Positions 1 through 8,501 of a DNA stretch of 64,000 nt are shown here, in pieces. Where the stretch lies: NCBI GenBank assembly GCA_963721805.1, contig CAVRJY010000001.1, positions 1,056,001 to 1,120,000 of the forward strand, read 5' to 3'. Both the position numbers and the translations under genes were made by a program. The notes beneath the pieces are model-generated. The model was not told the DNA's origin. It saw only the letters and a program-made list of their open reading frames with translations, and searched no databases. The DNA is from Nitrospirota bacterium. GTDB taxonomy: Bacteria > Nitrospirota > Thermodesulfovibrionia > Thermodesulfovibrionales > JdFR-86. Each line of letters starts with the position of its first letter. Position 1 is the stretch's first letter.

Positions 1-238
1 CGGTGAACAGGCGGTTAGGCCGGATATTGCTTGACTGCTTCAATCCGCCCGTGGAGAAATCCTCATCACCAAGGCCGATGGAGTATGAGTCGTTAACTGT
101 TTTGCTTGTGATCTGGCAGAGTATAAGGTCATCTCCGCCCGGCGTTGCTATGACAAGGGCAGGGCGGCGTTTTGATTGCGTGAGGTCAGAAAATGGAAAT
201 GGCACGACTACGACATCGCCCTTTACAAACTTACCCAT
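1..238 (-). CDS. PemK/MazF-family toxin, 3'-truncated by the window edge (absent from the ORF track)
   Basis: Manual translation gives MGKFVKGDVVVVPFPFSDLTQSKRRPALVIA...LCQITS, with the typical GDVV..PFP..D..K.RPALV motif. It overlaps the end of the upstream antitoxin. Confidence 0.9.
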   Translation of the reverse strand, partial: MGKFVKGDVVVVPFPFSDLTQSKRRPALVIATPGGDDLILCQITSKTVNDSYSIGLGDEDFSTGGLKQSSNIRPNRLFT

Positions 239-420
239 GCCTCGTCCTCTTCGGGCCTAAGCCAATCCTTCTTAAGCGACGACTCGCTGGCCCCTGCGAT
301 AGCCACGCCTTCCCTGACGACCTTGGCTTTAATGAAATGTACGAAATCCAAGACCTCGTCAAGGTATGGTTCAGGAACCTGCTCGATCTCGTGCATAAGG
401 GCTTCTTTCTTTCCCATCAC
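223..420 (-). CDS. DUF2281-like antitoxin
   Basis: 65 aa with EVLDFVHFIK and a C-terminal SESSLKKDWLRPEEDEAW. GGAGG RBS, directly upstream of the PemK toxin. Confidence 0.8.
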   Translation of the reverse strand: MMGKKEALMHEIEQVPEPYLDEVLDFVHFIKAKVVREGVAIAGASESSLKKDWLRPEEDEAWVSL

Positions 421-465
421 CGCACCTCCTTTGTTCTAATATTATAGCTCATCCTTTCCCTTCCA

Positions 466-582
466 CTATGGCAATCCCGCGCAGACGAGGGAGCCTCCAT
501 ATTATATCCGAGCAATGGCGGTTTAGGATAATTATATCGTGCGAGCGGTCAACGGCATTGATTTGGAGCGCGCTTTCGGGGG
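466..582 (+). repeat. TA-spacer repeat copy 1; 479-549 is identical to 1867-1937 (71 bp)
   Basis: Direct sequence comparison. The 3' part GCGGTCAACGGCATTGATTTGGAGCGCGCTTTCGGGGG recurs near 1247 and 1300. Confidence 0.9.
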
Positions 583-629
583 TGCTATCCTCGACGGCTT
601 CTGTTATAATTTCGCATGAGGCTACGTAT

Positions 630-914
630 ATGACGTTAGTGGATACTATCAAGCGGGATGCTGAGGCACTCAAAGCCAGGTTTCACCTAAAGCGCATCGG
701 GATATTCGGCTCGTATGTGCGCGGAGAAGAAACGCCCGAAAGCGATCTCGACATCCTTGTTGAATTCGAGACTGATTATGAGACTTTCAATAATTATACT
801 GACCTGAAGTTTTACCTCGAAGACCGTTTTGGCAAGAATGTCGATGTCGTTACCGTTGATGCCCTTAAACCACAGCTGCGGGATATTATTTTAAACGAAG
901 TATCCTATGCCTAG
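630..914 (+). CDS. Minimal nucleotidyltransferase (MNT) antitoxin
   Basis: [24 protein letters not shown] motif. The ATG at 630 is preferred because the ORF-track extension from 468 runs through the repeat. Confidence 0.9.
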   Translation: MTLVDTIKRDAEALKARFHLKRIGIFGSYVRGEETPESDLDILVEFETDYETFNNYTDLKFYLEDRFGKNVDVVTVDALKPQLRDIILNEVSYA

Positions 915-1248
915 ACATTACAAGCTCTACCTTGAGGATATGCTTGTTTCGGCTGAGAGCATACTTGAGTATGTGAGCGGATTATCCAAGGACGCATTGC
1001 TTGCGGATAAAATGAGAGTCGATGCCGTAGTGAGGAACTATGAAATTATTGGCGAAGCAGCAGGCCGTATCCCTCAGGAGATTAGGGAGAAATACCCAAA
1101 GGTTGAGTGGAGGCGGATTACAGACCTTAGGAATATCCTGATACATGAATACTTCGGCATTAATCGCAATATCCTGTGGGATATCACTGCCAATCACCTG
1201 CCCCAGCTTGCAGCAGAGTTGAAGGCCATTGTTCCCAACGAGGGTTAG
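907..1248 (+). CDS. HEPN/DUF86 ribonuclease toxin (HepT-like)
   Basis: [13 protein letters not shown] and the RNILIHEY (Rx4H) HEPN motif; overlaps the MNT stop. Confidence 0.9.
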   Translation: MPRHYKLYLEDMLVSAESILEYVSGLSKDALLADKMRVDAVVRNYEIIGEAAGRIPQEIREKYPKVEWRRITDLRNILIHEYFGINRNILWDITANHLPQLAAELKAIVPNEG

Positions 1249-1366
1249 CGGTCAACGGCATTGATATGGTTCTCGCGCTTTAACGTGGCCTGTGCATAAT
1301 CGTGCGAGCGGTCAACGGCATTGATATGGAGCGCGCTTTCGGGGGGGACGCGGTCGTGCGCTGCCA
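1247..1366 (+). repeat. Two short tandem copies of the TA-spacer repeat core
   Basis: AGCGGTCAACGGCATTGATATGG..CGCGCTTT at about 1247-1280 and 1300-1348. Confidence 0.85.
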
Positions 1367-1384
1367 CCAATTAGGCCGTGGCTG

Positions 1385-1573
1385 TTATGCAATCCCCAAT
1401 TTCTTTTTCATGTCATCATTTGTCGTCCATTTTTTCGTCTTTGCCTTAACCTCGACAGCGGAGGCGTAATCCTTGTTGTCTTCCTCGGCCTCCTTGAGGC
1501 GCTTATACTCCTCGTAATCGAGGATAACCGCGATGGGCTTATTGTTTTCCTTGATGATCTGTGTCTTAATCAC
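1385..1573 (-). CDS. Phd/RelB-like antitoxin
   Basis: IIKENNKPIAVILDYEEYKRL. The GTG start with GGAGG RBS overlaps the RelE stop. Confidence 0.75.
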   Translation of the reverse strand: MIKTQIIKENNKPIAVILDYEEYKRLKEAEEDNKDYASAVEVKAKTKKWTTNDDMKKKLGIA

Positions 1574-1829
1574 GATACGCCTCCTGTCTGTGCTTGACCT
1601 CATAAACGCTCAATGTGTTCTCCTCGATTCCGAAGATCACCCGATAGTCACCGATACGGAGCCTGAGAAACCCTCCATGTTTGCCTCGAAGGGTTTTAAT
1701 GTCGAAGCCCCCCGAAGGGTTGTCCGCGAATGACTCGATGGTTTTCACGATCCTGGCCGCATCGCTTCGATTGCCCTTCGCCAAGCGTTGCAATTGCTTG
1801 TCCGCATGTTCGGAGTACCGTATTTCCAT
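1566..1829 (-). CDS. RelE/ParE-family toxin
   Basis: IRYSEHADKQL...IKTLRG...LRLRIGDYRVIF...VKHRQEAY. Confidence 0.9.
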   Translation of the reverse strand: MEIRYSEHADKQLQRLAKGNRSDAARIVKTIESFADNPSGGFDIKTLRGKHGGFLRLRIGDYRVIFGIEENTLSVYEVKHRQEAYRD

Positions 1830-1847
1830 TTTACCCTTTCTACCCCG

Positions 1848-1968
1848 CTATGGCAATCTCGCCTTTGCGCAGACGAGGGAGCCTCCATATTATATCCGAG
1901 CAATGGCGGTTTAGGATAATTATATCGTGCGAGCGGTAAAGGGTATTGACTGGAGTTCTCGCGCTTTC
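1848..1968 (+). repeat. TA-spacer repeat copy 4
   Basis: Contains the 71-bp block identical to 479-549. Confidence 0.9.
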
Positions 1969-2422
1969 GTTGGTGCCACTGGCATCCCAAAGGAAAAGGC
2001 TGCAATTTCGGTAATGCGTCAATTTAAAGTTTAAGGGTAATCGTACAAGTTTAATAAAGGATTAATAAGAAGAAGCCTACGAGAGAAGCTGACGTGAATA
2101 TGCTTGACGCTGCCATTGCAATGATGCATTGCACAATAACGGTTGATTATGTCCAAAACGTGGACGTTAATAGCAACACCATATTCAATGCAAATGTGAA
2201 ATAGCCCACAGCTATTTATTAATATAATCATATTTTAATAGCGGTAAGGATCGATTTGAGAACCTATCATCCGAGGAAGCAAAAGGTTTCTCATGCAAGT
2301 GCGACGATGTAAATTGGGGGAAATAGCCCTAACGACGCAAGTCTTGTTCAATCAATATAGCCTTGACATGCAAGCCTTCGAAATGTTAAATTTAGGAAGA
2401 AAAATTTTAGGGGGTAATTAGC

Positions 2423-2866
2423 ATGAGCGATAAGGCCGATAAGCTGCTTGACCTGATTAAGCATTACCAGGAAATAATCGACTTATACGAACCCTTGGTA
2501 CTTGAGGCACGCGAGAATTTGAGCACTATTCGTAAGGCTATTGATCTTGTGTTGAGGGATGCTCACCCGACAGACCAAGAGTCACTGTTTGATGATAACG
2601 CCCAAAGAAGTCCCGGTATTGGAAGATACGCCGATAAGACGCTCGCCGAAGCTATCAAAGACATTTTAACTAATAATCCGAGGCCGCTAACGGCCGCTGA
2701 AATTACGCGTCGTGCTATCGATGGAGGCTTTACGAGCAATTCAGCTGATAAACGCCGCGACGTTTCAGTATGTTTAAGTCGGCTTAAAAAACGCAGCGAG
2801 ATCGGATCAGATATGACTGATGAGGGTATGGTTTATAGATTGGCGAAGGGAGGTGAGCAAACTTGA
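2423..2866 (+). CDS. Hypothetical protein with an N-terminal coiled coil and C-terminal winged HTH
   Basis: TLAEAIKDILTNNPRPLTAAEITRRAIDGG...VSVCLSRL resembles a wHTH. It sits in an AT-rich patch. Confidence 0.6.
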   Translation: MSDKADKLLDLIKHYQEIIDLYEPLVLEARENLSTIRKAIDLVLRDAHPTDQESLFDDNAQRSPGIGRYADKTLAEAIKDILTNNPRPLTAAEITRRAIDGGFTSNSADKRRDVSVCLSRLKKRSEIGSDMTDEGMVYRLAKGGEQT

Positions 2867-3375
2867 GAAGAATTGAAGGGCTGCTAATCGATGGATCGCC
2901 GTTAGCAGTTCCGCTAAAAATGAAGACTCGCTATCTGGTGTAGTTGGCACTGGGCCGGATAGCGAGTCGTTAGGCGATCCCCGCCTTTGGCGGAGGGTAA
3001 AACATTTTCGTGAGGATTAACACTTAAAAGGCTTGATCTTACAAGCTAATTATAGTGCCTTCCTTTGCGCATTGTCAAGCCCAAACTTAAAAACAGGAAA
3101 GGTCCTCCATGACTAAGAAACCTGGCTATAAGCTTGTATTCACAGCCTATATCACCACGCGAAACGGTACGCGGATTTACGCGTATCAACGGGGCCTCAA
3201 GGCTTTCCCAATATGGGTTAAAGACAAGAAGTAAAGGGTGAGTTGATGGTGGGGGGAGAAACATATCCCTCACCATCAACCTCTTTCCACTAACTATAGT
3301 TAGTCGTAAGTTAATAGAAAACGCACGGTTTTGAATTTTTCCTATAACCTTCGGTTTATATATAAACCGTAGTAT

Positions 3376-3820
3376 ATCGCTTTTTTCATTTAGTTGTGAT
3401 TCAATACAGGATGACTATGATAGGCTCATTTTTGAGGGTGCTGAAAGCAGGGTCGGAGGCCGATGGACAGCGCGAAAAACGTATCCGAACATCCGAACAC
3501 GGGAGAGGTCAAATTATCGATGTTTTTCGTTACCTTGGACTGTTTTTTGTCTGTTCATTCGAACGCAATAAAAAACGCGCGCACGTGCGCGCGCGATATT
3601 CCTAACTATGCCTAAGCGCGAGCATCAGAACATGCTTTTTCCGATCAAGTCTTTGACCGTGAGGCGCGGAGGCAGCGGCTGGGCCGCGCACTTCGCAAAG
3701 CGCGATAAATCGCGTCAGACTAGGAACGGCGAGGAAAACGTCCGCAAGTGTACTGAGACGTACTCTGGAGGACGGATTTCCGAAGCCGTGACAACGTATC
3801 ACGCGACTTTAGCGCGCTTT
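3376..3820 (+). repeat. Dispersed ~440-bp structured non-coding element, copy A (hairpin 3697-3820)
   Basis: Colinear homology to the reverse complement of 24359-24787, with compensatory stem changes. Confidence 0.8.
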
Positions 3821-3855
3821 CACAGAAGCCCCCGTATGCCGTATAATGGTGCCCT

Positions 3856-4944
3856 ATGAAAATCGCGATAACTGGCCTAGCTAATTCAGGTAAGACTACT
3901 ATCTTTAACGCTTTGACGGGCCTCCGGGTCGAGACGACGATCTACCCGACGACCGGCGGCGAGCCGAACCTCGGCATCGTCAAGGTGCCGGACGAGCGCA
4001 TCGACAGGCTCTCGGCGATCTTCAAGCCCAAGAAGACCACGCACTCGACGGTGCAGTACGTGGACTATCTGGGGCTCACGAAGGGCGACATGAAGCAGAA
4101 CCGGAGCGTGTTTGAGTTCGTCAAGGACTCGGATGCGCTAGTGCACGTCGTGCGCGCCTTCGAGGACCCCTCTGTGATGCATCCGCTCGACAGCGTGGAC
4201 GCGGTCAGGGACGTGGCCACGGTCGAGACCGAGCTGCTATTTGGGGACATCGAGCTTATCGACCGCAGGCTTGAGGGCATGGAACTCGGGCTAAAGCGGG
4301 GCAAGAAGCCGAACGAGGACGAGAAGCGCGTGCTCCTGAAGTGCAAGGAGGCCCTCGATGCCGAGCGGCCGCTTCGGGACGTGGAGTTCACGGAGGACGA
4401 GGACAAGGCGGTCAGCCACCTGCAGTTCATGTCCATCCTGCCCGAGACCGTGGTGCTGAACATCGGCGAGGCCGACCTGAACACCGAACGCGCCGCGAAG
4501 CTCCAGGCCGAGGTCGAGGCGTACTACGCCGGGAGGCGCGGGGTGACGGTCGTGACGCTATCGGGGAAGGTCGAGATGGACATCGCGGAGCTCGCGCCTG
4601 ATGAGGCCCGCGCGTTCCTGGACGACCTTGGGATCAAGGAGCCCGCTCTGCACCGGCTCATAAAGCTCTCATACGCCAACGTGGGGCTTATCTCGTTCAT
4701 CACCGCGGGCGAGGACGAGGTGCGCGCATGGGCCTTAAGGAAGGGCACCGACGCCCTGCACGCGGCCGGAAAAATACACTCAGACATACAGCGCGGGTTC
4801 ATACGCGCGGAGGTCGTCTCGTGCGAGGACTTCTTCAGGCTCGGCGGCTTCAGCGAGGCCCGCGACAAGGGGCTGCTCAGGCTTGAGGGCAAGACCTACG
4901 AGGTGAGGGACGGCGACATCATCAACTTCAGGTTCAACGTCTAG
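3856..4944 (+). CDS. ychF: Redox-regulated ribosome-binding ATPase YchF
   Basis: P-loop GLANSGKTT, IHSDIQRGFIRAEV, and C-terminal LRLEGKTYEVRDGDIINFRFNV. Confidence 0.95.
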   Translation: MKIAITGLANSGKTTIFNALTGLRVETTIYPTTGGEPNLGIVKVPDERIDRLSAIFKPKKTTHSTVQYVDYLGLTKGDMKQNRSVFEFVKDSDALVHVVRAFEDPSVMHPLDSVDAVRDVATVETELLFGDIELIDRRLEGMELGLKRGKKPNEDEKRVLLKCKEALDAERPLRDVEFTEDEDKAVSHLQFMSILPETVVLNIGEADLNTERAAKLQAEVEAYYAGRRGVTVVTLSGKVEMDIAELAPDEARAFLDDLGIKEPALHRLIKLSYANVGLISFITAGEDEVRAWALRKGTDALHAAGKIHSDIQRGFIRAEVVSCEDFFRLGGFSEARDKGLLRLEGKTYEVRDGDIINFRFNV

Positions 4945-6128
4945 GAATTCATCGTCTGGCGCCAGATAGTGGCGGGATCGTGCATCAGCGGCAGCGAGAC
5001 GACGACCTTGTTGCCCGTGCCGCCCTTGCTTTCGAGCCATATCTCGCCGCCGTGGCGCTCGGCGATCCGGCGGCAGAGCGTGAGGATCAGCGTGGTGCGC
5101 TTGATGCGGTCCGACGCGGTGCCCTCGGTGTGCTTCGCGCGGCCGAAGACCGCGTCCTGCATGTAGCCCGGGATCGCCCAGCCGGTGTCGTCGACCTCGA
5201 AGAGTAGCTTGCCGGCCTCTTTTCTGAGGCCGTACCTGATGCCGCCCGCATCGGTGAGCGCGACGGCGTTGTTGAAGAGGTTGTTCACGAGAGTCTGGAG
5301 CCTCGCATGGTCGCCCCGGACTTGGAATCCCGAGCCCTGCACCTCTTCTTTGAGGGAGAGCCCGCGCTCTTTCATTACCGGCAGGTACTGCGAGGCGGCG
5401 CTGCGCATGGTATCGACGAAGTCCACCTCCTCGTCGTTCCACTCAGAGACGCCGGTGTCGATGTCCGCGAGTTCGACGACCACGTTGAGGATGCTCGCCA
5501 GCCGGCTGCCGGTCATGAGCATCATGTCGACGGTATCCCTGGCGTTCTCGATGATCTCGGCGCGCTTGCCCCTGGCGATCCGGGCGATCTGGTCCGTGCG
5601 CGATTCGGTCGAGGATGCGGCCCTGCCGCCGCGGTCGTCGGCCTTGAGCGTGTCATCGGCCAGCAGGGCCTTGAGCTTGTTGGTGCTCAGGATGATGGCC
5701 GAGAGCGGCGAGCTGAGCTCTCCGCTCAGGGTGCCGAAGAAGTCGGCGCGCAGGCGCTCGAGTTCCTGCACCTTCTCCTCGGCGTCGTGGAGTTTTTTTG
5801 CGGCCAGCTGAGAGGCGTCCTTGGCCTTGGCCATCGTGAGCTCGGCCTGGGCGGTCAGGTAGCGGACCTTCTCGCGCTCCTCGTTGAAGAGGTAGACCAC
5901 GAACGGGGCGATGATGACCGGCACGACCATCGCGTCCAGCGCGCCGATGACGAGGTAGTCGTAGCTGATGCCGCCGAGCGTCACGTAGCTTATGACCGCG
6001 TTTAGGATCACGATGAGGACGTCGGAGAGCAGGGCGACCGCGATGACCAGCTCCCACTTCTTCATCCGGGTGGCCTTATCCTTTAGCGCCGCGTCAGCCA
6101 TGCGTTTCTCACTTTCATATGCGGACAT
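4941..6128 (-). CDS. Membrane sensor histidine-kinase-like protein, catalytically degenerate
   Basis: Two TM helices, a HisKA-like box lacking His (LSGELSSPL), and a HATPase fold with eroded G boxes. Confidence 0.75.
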   Translation of the reverse strand: MSAYESEKRMADAALKDKATRMKKWELVIAVALLSDVLIVILNAVISYVTLGGISYDYLVIGALDAMVVPVIIAPFVVYLFNEEREKVRYLTAQAELTMAKAKDASQLAAKKLHDAEEKVQELERLRADFFGTLSGELSSPLSAIILSTNKLKALLADDTLKADDRGGRAASSTESRTDQIARIARGKRAEIIENARDTVDMMLMTGSRLASILNVVVELADIDTGVSEWNDEEVDFVDTMRSAASQYLPVMKERGLSLKEEVQGSGFQVRGDHARLQTLVNNLFNNAVALTDAGGIRYGLRKEAGKLLFEVDDTGWAIPGYMQDAVFGRAKHTEGTASDRIKRTTLILTLCRRIAERHGGEIWLESKGGTGNKVVVSLPLMHDPATIWRQTMNS

Positions 6129-6216
6129 TATACCAGTTCGCCTGAGCGAATTGGCCGCGGCCGGTATGTGGTATATTTAGATTGCAAATTTATTTTGAAA
6201 GCCGGGAGGTGGCCAG

Positions 6217-6969
6217 ATGCCAGAGCTCATGCTTGAAGGACTTCGCCCGGAGGTGCTCGGGCGGATCGGGCCTTTTCTTGAAGACGCGTTGAGGGACCGG
6301 GGCCGCGAGATCCACTCGGCCTATGTCGTGGGCAGCGCGCTCACCGCCGACTACGTCGACGGCCGCTCGGACGTCAATACAGTGATATTGCTCCGGGACA
6401 TGGACCTTGGATACCTCGAATACCTCGCCCCGCTCGGCAAGAAGTACGGCAAGCGCCATGTCGCCGCCCCGCACGTCCTGACGAGGGACTATGTCATGCA
6501 GTCGGCCGACGTATTCCCGATTGAGTACCTTGAGATCAAGCTCGTGCACCGCACGGTGTACGGCGAGGATGTCTTCGCGCCTATTGAGATCCCTCGCGCC
6601 GCCCTGCGCCTGCAGTGCGAACGCGAGGCGCGGGTCAGGCTGATCGGGCTCGGGCAGGCCTACGTGCGCCTGATGGGGCACCCGGCAGACCTCGAACGCT
6701 ACCTCGTCGAGGCCGTATCGGATGCGATGCACCTGATGCGCGCTCTCGTGCGGCTCGTGCGCGATACCGATCCCCCGGTCTTGAAGCGCGAAGCGCTCGG
6801 TGCGTTTTGCGAGATCACGGGTGCTGACTGCGAGGCGCTGCACGAGCTCCTGCTGCACCGGCCGTCGCGCTGGTCTTCGATGTCCAGAGACGAGGTCAAC
6901 GCGCGTTTTATGAAATTATACGCAGCGATGGACAGTGCCGGAAAGATCGCGAATGACATCCAGATATAG
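6217..6969 (+). CDS. Nucleotidyltransferase-like protein (LemA/TPM-associated)
   Basis: YVVGSALTADY..GRSDVN and DVFPIEYLEI. Confidence 0.7.
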   Translation: MPELMLEGLRPEVLGRIGPFLEDALRDRGREIHSAYVVGSALTADYVDGRSDVNTVILLRDMDLGYLEYLAPLGKKYGKRHVAAPHVLTRDYVMQSADVFPIEYLEIKLVHRTVYGEDVFAPIEIPRAALRLQCEREARVRLIGLGQAYVRLMGHPADLERYLVEAVSDAMHLMRALVRLVRDTDPPVLKREALGAFCEITGADCEALHELLLHRPSRWSSMSRDEVNARFMKLYAAMDSAGKIANDIQI

Positions 6970-7726
6970 GATCGTCGCCCTCGCTGTCCTCGTTTTCATG
7001 CTGGCGGCGGCCTCCGCGTTCGCGGCTGCGATACCGGAGACGCCTCCGGACTATGTCGTTGACCTCGCGGGCGTCATCAACGCCAATACGAAAGCCAGCC
7101 TCGATGGCTACCTAGCCGAGCTTGAGCGCAAGACGAGTGCGCAGGTCATCGTGCTTACGGTCGATACGATAGAGGGACAGGATATCGACGGGTACAGCCT
7201 GCAGGTGGCGGAGCGCTGGAAGCTTGGGCAGAAGGGCAAGGACAACGGCCTCCTGATACTCTTTGCGATGAAGGAGCGCAAGTACCGCTTCGAGGTCGGC
7301 TATGGATTGGAGGGCATCCTGCCTGACAGCGCGGTCGGGAGCATAGGCCGCGAGTACATCGTCCCGGCGTTTCGGCGCGGCGATTACTCGGCCGGGGTAG
7401 CGCAGGCAACGCTGGCCGTAGCGACGATCATAGCCAAGTCCGCCGGGGTCGAGATCACAGGGATGCCCGTGCGCGAGATATCGCGGCAGCAGCAGGTCTC
7501 GGGCAGGCGCGCAGGGCCCGGACAGCTGATCTTCATGGTCTTGATGGGTATCGTCATGCTATATTTGTTCATCCGCCACCCGAGGCTGTTCATACTCATG
7601 CTGCTGATGTCCGGCGGGGGCCGGCGCGGCGGCTGGGGTGACGGCGGGGGCGGCGGCGGGTTTGGAGGCTTCGGCGGCGGAGGCGGTGGAGGCTTCGGCG
7701 GCGGCGGGGCCTCGGGCGGCTGGTAG
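6953..7726 (+). CDS. TPM-domain (YgcG-like) membrane protein
   Basis: YVVDLAGVI, KDNGLLIL, EVGYGLEGILPD and a Gly-rich GGGGASGGW tail. Confidence 0.9.
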   Translation: MTSRYRIVALAVLVFMLAAASAFAAAIPETPPDYVVDLAGVINANTKASLDGYLAELERKTSAQVIVLTVDTIEGQDIDGYSLQVAERWKLGQKGKDNGLLILFAMKERKYRFEVGYGLEGILPDSAVGSIGREYIVPAFRRGDYSAGVAQATLAVATIIAKSAGVEITGMPVREISRQQQVSGRRAGPGQLIFMVLMGIVMLYLFIRHPRLFILMLLMSGGGRRGGWGDGGGGGGFGGFGGGGGGGFGGGGASGGW

Positions 7727-7754
7727 CACAGAACTCTAACGGAGGTCATATATC

Positions 7755-8336
7755 GTGTCCAAGGGATTAAAGATTACGCTCATAGTGGTAGCGGTCATCG
7801 CGGTTTTAGTGCTTATGACCGCAAGCTGGCTCATGAAGGGCTATAACACGGTCGTCACGATGGACGAGGAGGTCAAGAACCGCTGGGCTCAGGTCGACAA
7901 CCAGCTCAAGCGGCGGTATGACCTGATCCCGAACCTCGTCGAGACCGTAAAGGGCTATGCCACCCACGAGCGCGAGACCTTCGAGCAGATCGCGCAGTAC
8001 CGTACGCAGTATTTTCAGCAGAAGGACATCGGAGGGAAGATCAAGGCCTCAAACCAGCTCGAGGGCGTGCTTTCGCGCCTCCTGATGCTGCAGGAGTCCT
8101 ACCCGCAGCTCAAGGCGAATGAGTCGTTCCTCAAGCTCCAGGACAGCCTGGAGGGAACGGAGAACCGCATTGCCGTGGAGCGCATGCGGTATAACGAGTC
8201 GGTCAAGGCGCTAAATGCCTATATCCGAACCGTATTCGGCAGGATATTCGCTACCGTCGCCGGAGTGCATGAGGCGGCTTATTACGAGGTGCCCGAGGCA
8301 CAGAAGGAAGCGCCCAAGGTCAATTTCGGCAAATAG
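7755..8336 (+). CDS. lemA: LemA family protein
   Basis: QLKRRYDLIPNLVETVKGYA, YPQLKANE, ENRIAVER. Confidence 0.95.
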   Translation: MSKGLKITLIVVAVIAVLVLMTASWLMKGYNTVVTMDEEVKNRWAQVDNQLKRRYDLIPNLVETVKGYATHERETFEQIAQYRTQYFQQKDIGGKIKASNQLEGVLSRLLMLQESYPQLKANESFLKLQDSLEGTENRIAVERMRYNESVKALNAYIRTVFGRIFATVAGVHEAAYYEVPEAQKEAPKVNFGK

Positions 8337-8501
8337 GGGCGCAGCCCCTGTCGCGGATGACTAAGAAGGGTTTTCGGGCCTGTTGGCCTGGAGACCCTTC
8401 TTCTTTGTATGTTCGTTCTCCCTCCCGTGGCGCGCTGGTTTGACAGGGCGCGGCTCTCGTGATACAAGGAGATATAACCATATGGGGCCGGAGGGCGCTT
8501 G

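Noticed and set aside
468..629. N-terminal extension of the MNT ORF
   Set aside because: It is a translation of the intergenic repeat. The MNT domain begins at ATG 630.
466..1968. CRISPR array or integron attC sites
   Set aside because: The repeats vary in length and are separated by whole genes. No RYYYAAC/GTTRRRY attC ends, intI or cas genes are visible.
3608..3859. ORF 3608-3859 and its look-alike 24293-24643 (shared QTR.G...CT.TY...LARF) as a protein family
   Set aside because: The similarity comes from the DNA repeat. Several 1-nt indels break codon alignment, and the substitutions follow base-pairing rather than codon position.
7615..7726. GGC-rich tandem repeat
   Set aside because: It encodes the normal Gly-rich tail of TPM-domain proteins.
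7755..8336. Magnetosome gene mamQ (LemA family)
   Set aside because: Ordinary lemA-TPM context, with no other mam genes recognised.
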